Shown in pieces: positions 61,185-64,000 of a stretch of 64,000 bases of DNA; position 1 is the first letter of the stretch, and every line of letters begins with the position of its first letter. Made by a program: the position numbers and the translations under genes. Origin of the DNA: Cyanophora paradoxa CCMP329 (lineage: Eukaryota; Plantae; Glaucophyta); NCBI GenBank assembly GCA_004431415.1, contig QPMI01000165.1, positions 186,001-250,000 on the forward strand, given 5' to 3'. The notes under the pieces are model-generated. The model saw only the letters and a program-made list of their open reading frames with translations. It had not been told where the DNA came from and made no database searches.

Positions 61185-62170
61185 CGTCCTCCTCCGCCTG
61201 GGCGGCGCGGAGGACCTCGCCGCCGCGGCCCGCGGGTGCGAGCGGTTCATGGCCAACAACAACCAGCAGACGCCGCCCCCCTCCCGCTCAAGCGCGACGT
61301 CATCGAGCTCGCCATGCGCCGCATGATCGCGCGCTGGGCCACCCTCTCCGGCACCGGCGGCGGCCTGCAGCAGCCGGCCGAGCCGGCCGTCGCCTCGCCC
61401 GCACCCGGAGCCGGCTGCGGCTGCCCCTGCCCGGCACCGGCAACTGCGGCCGGAGCCGGCGTCGTCCCGCTCGCGGCCGCCGCCGTGCGCCGCGCCGCCG
61501 CCGCCGAGGAGGAGGCGGTCGCGCTCCTCCTCGCCAAGAGCCCCTCCCCCTACGACCGGGCCGACCCGGTCCTCTGCGAGCGCATCCGCGCCCTCGAGCT
61601 CCTCAGCCGCGGCGAGCGCCACGAGGCCGTGCGCATCGTGCGCGACCACTGCGGCTGGCGGCCCCTGGGGCCCAACGTGCGCATGGTCACCGAGGGCCTC
61701 CTCTTCTCGATCGAGCGCGGCGCCGGGCGCGACCTCGGTTTCGCCGCCGCCTTCCGCGAGCAGCGGGACGAGATCTCCGCGGCCGCCGACGAGATGGCCC
61801 GCTCGCTGGCGGCGGTGCCCCTGGCCTGCGGCGGCGACCCGGCCGGAACATGCCCCGCCCCCGCCCTCCTCCTCCACGCCGTCCAGACCTGCAACCTGGC
61901 CCGCGAGTGGGCCGAGCGCGGCGAGGCCGAGGCGCTCCTCCGCCTCGAGGCCGCCGAGACGGCCGTCATGCGCCTCGCGGGGGCGGCCTTCCAGCCCTGC
62001 GCCCGCCCCGCCTGCGGCGCCCACGTGCCCCTCTTCCACTACGAGCGCTACTACTTCCCGTGCGGGATGCACTTCCTCTGCGCGGCCTGCCACCGCAAGG
62101 GGCTGGAGGAGCGCCGGGGGGTCCGGCGAGGCGACGCCTGGGAGTGCCCCCAGTGCCCCCCCGGGATGGG
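61185..62170 (+). pseudogene. RING-finger protein segment
   Basis: FPCGMHFLCAAC...ECPQC. Confidence 0.6.
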
Positions 62171-62315
62171 CGGGGGCCCGGGCGCAGGCGGCTGCTGCTG
62201 GTCCCGCCCCCCCCAGCGCATCGTGCTCGAGCCGTGAGTGAGGCGGTTAACCAGCCGCCTGGCGCCGCCGGCGCGGCGCGCGGCGTGTATATATGTATCG
62301 ATGAATCTATTACAA

Positions 62316-62414
62316 TTATTACGAACAGTAACCCTACTGGGGCGGCCGGGGCAGGCGCCGCGGGTTATTACGAACAGTAACCCTACTGGGGCGGCCGGGG
62401 CAGGCGCCGCGGGT
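62316..62414. repeat. 49-bp perfect tandem duplication spanning a stop codon
   Basis: TATTACGAACAG...CGCGGGT at 62317 and 62366. Confidence 0.95.
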
Positions 62415-63145
62415 AAAGTGGCTGGCGGCCACCAGGGGCTGTGAGCATGAAGTAAACCACGATTTCCCAGCGGCTCGGTTGTACTAAGCCCGCCACCTGA
62501 ATCTGGTGCGGCATTTGGAATCGCGCCAGATCGAGAAGTCGGTCGTACGACGAGTCGAACCACGCCTGGTCCCGCGCATCGACATGCCCCGTTGACCCAG
62601 GGATGTACCGGCGGCCGGATCCGGAGCCCTGCTGCCATGCCGGGTCCCCTTGCGACGCAGGGTCCCTGAGCGCGCTGCCTCGGAGGGGGACGACGATTGT
62701 GATGATCGAGGTCAGCGGGCCGCCGAGCTTCTCGAGGACTCGTGGGGTTCCGCGCGGCGCCTGGCCGGCGGGGATCGGAACGGCGTAGTACCAGATGGTG
62801 AGCCTCTGCTGGATAGCGTCAGATGCTCTGTCCCATCCGAGGGGCGGCAGCCCGTACGCCTCTGTCAGCCAGCTGTCAACGTCGACCTCTTGGGGGTGTT
62901 CCGTCGGCACGAGGGCTGCAGGTGGTGGTGCCGGCAGCGAAAACCCGTCCGCGCAGAGGTGCGTCGTGCTCAAGAGCAGCGCGCGATGTTCAAGTGGGGC
63001 CCTCCCAAAAGGCCATCGCCCGCCGCGCTCCCGCAACACGAGATCGCGCACGCGGCGGTCCAGTCCTGTCCAACACTCGTACCTCCATGTACCCTCGCCC
63101 TCCACGGTCCGATAGTATCGGTACTCGTTCTTCGCGTCCACAAGG
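62383..63145 (-). pseudogene. Unknown paralogous family, 3' segment
   Basis: PLRG..DARDQAWFD..ARFQMPH..WEIVV, shared with 22052-22335. Confidence 0.6.
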
Positions 63146-64000
63146 GCAGCCGAGTTCGACGCCCAGTGGGGGGCCGCCGCGGACGACGAGGAGGAGCCCG
63201 AGGAGACGCCCCCCGCCGAGATCACCGATGCCTTGACGAGCCGCTCGTCGTCATCGTCAGCGTTGTCGTCGACAGCGGCAGCGACGAAGTGGCGCCAGAC
63301 GGCGACCTCGCCGGGGCCGAAGCCGGCGTCGAGGCGCGGGGCGCCGGCGGCCCCGTCGGCGGGGCTCACGGCGACGTCGGCCTCGTGGAAGCCGGCGGCG
63401 CCGTAGGTGGTCTCGATGAGGCGGCAGGAGACCGAGGCGAGCGGGGCCCCCCGCACCGAGTAGTAGAGCGCGATCGAGAGCAGCCGGTGGCCGAGGTTGC
63501 GCACCGGCTGGGATGCCTCGAGCCCGACCTCGAACGAGGCGGCGCGGGGGTTGCGGAGCGCCCGGAAGCAGCGGGCCAGGAAGGGGCGGCTGCCGTCGAC
63601 GACCGCCGGCCCGCGCTCGACCGCCGAGGCGCCCCCGGGCCCAACGAGACACACGGCGTGGCGCGCCCCGGAGACGAAGCGCGTCTGCACGACCTGCGCG
63701 GCGCTGAAGAGGTGCTCGTCGGGGCGGGCGAGCGTCAGGGCGAGGCCGTCGACGGAGGCCGAGTACAGGGGCCGGCCGGCGGCCCTGTCGTAGGCGCCGA
63801 AGGCGGCGAGCCGGAGCTCGGCGAGGAGGTAGAAGGGCCCGCGGAAGGGCGCGGGTGCGGAGACGTAAGTCTGGGAGACGAGGTCGAATCGGGGGGCGGT
63901 GGCCTCCTCCGCCGGCTGTAGCGCCGGCATCTTCCCCTCCTCCCAGCCGCCCACACGGTGCTCCAGGGTGGGCTTCTCGTCGCCGGCGTACGTGGGGGCG

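Noticed and set aside
59642-62380. Long ORFs such as the 912-aa, 815-aa and 578-aa calls as real proteins
   Set aside because: They are read-through across several unrelated segments or stop-poor shadow frames of GC-rich DNA.
1-64000. Restriction-ligation concatemer (Pore-C, Hi-C or SMURF type) at CTAG, GATC or CATG
   Set aside because: Defined junctions share no fixed site, and CTAG mostly marks TAG stops. Overlaps of 7-10 bp exceed a 4-cutter overhang. Other library artefacts are not excluded.
1-64000. Retro-copied (cDNA) origin of the segments; tRNA or rRNA genes
   Set aside because: Introns, divergent promoters and convergent gene ends are retained, there are no poly(A) tails, and no structural RNA gene was recognised.

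Overview
Very GC-rich DNA of giant-virus (Nucleocytoviricota) type. It carries pieces of a double-jelly-roll major capsid protein, PCNA, an A468R-like primase, YqaJ, a RuvC/A22-like resolvase, a deoxynucleoside kinase, an RBR ligase, SET, TspO, glycosyltransferases, many F-box proteins, tail-fibre proteins and kinases. Several genes have short GT-AG introns. The window is not a normal gene map: it is a patchwork of roughly 100 or more segments (about 60 bp to 3.4 kb, estimated by eye) in mixed orientation, and most recognisable genes are cut mid-domain. Many missing continuations lie elsewhere in the window, and consecutive segments of a gene share a 2-10 bp overlap, so joining them restores the reading frame with no loss. 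I found about 17 such joins by hand. They include one ~949-aa gene rebuilt from seven segments on both strands and exact restoration of conserved TspO, RBR and Gly-rich motifs. This resembles ciliate pointer-type gene scrambling, or a lossless shatter-and-rejoin of a viral genome, with no spacer DNA between segments. The sequence alone cannot tell whether it is unscrambled in vivo, is a host inactivation or memory locus, or is a library or assembly artefact. Segment boundaries are approximate unless a pointer is given, and family assignments are from motif recognition, not database searches.
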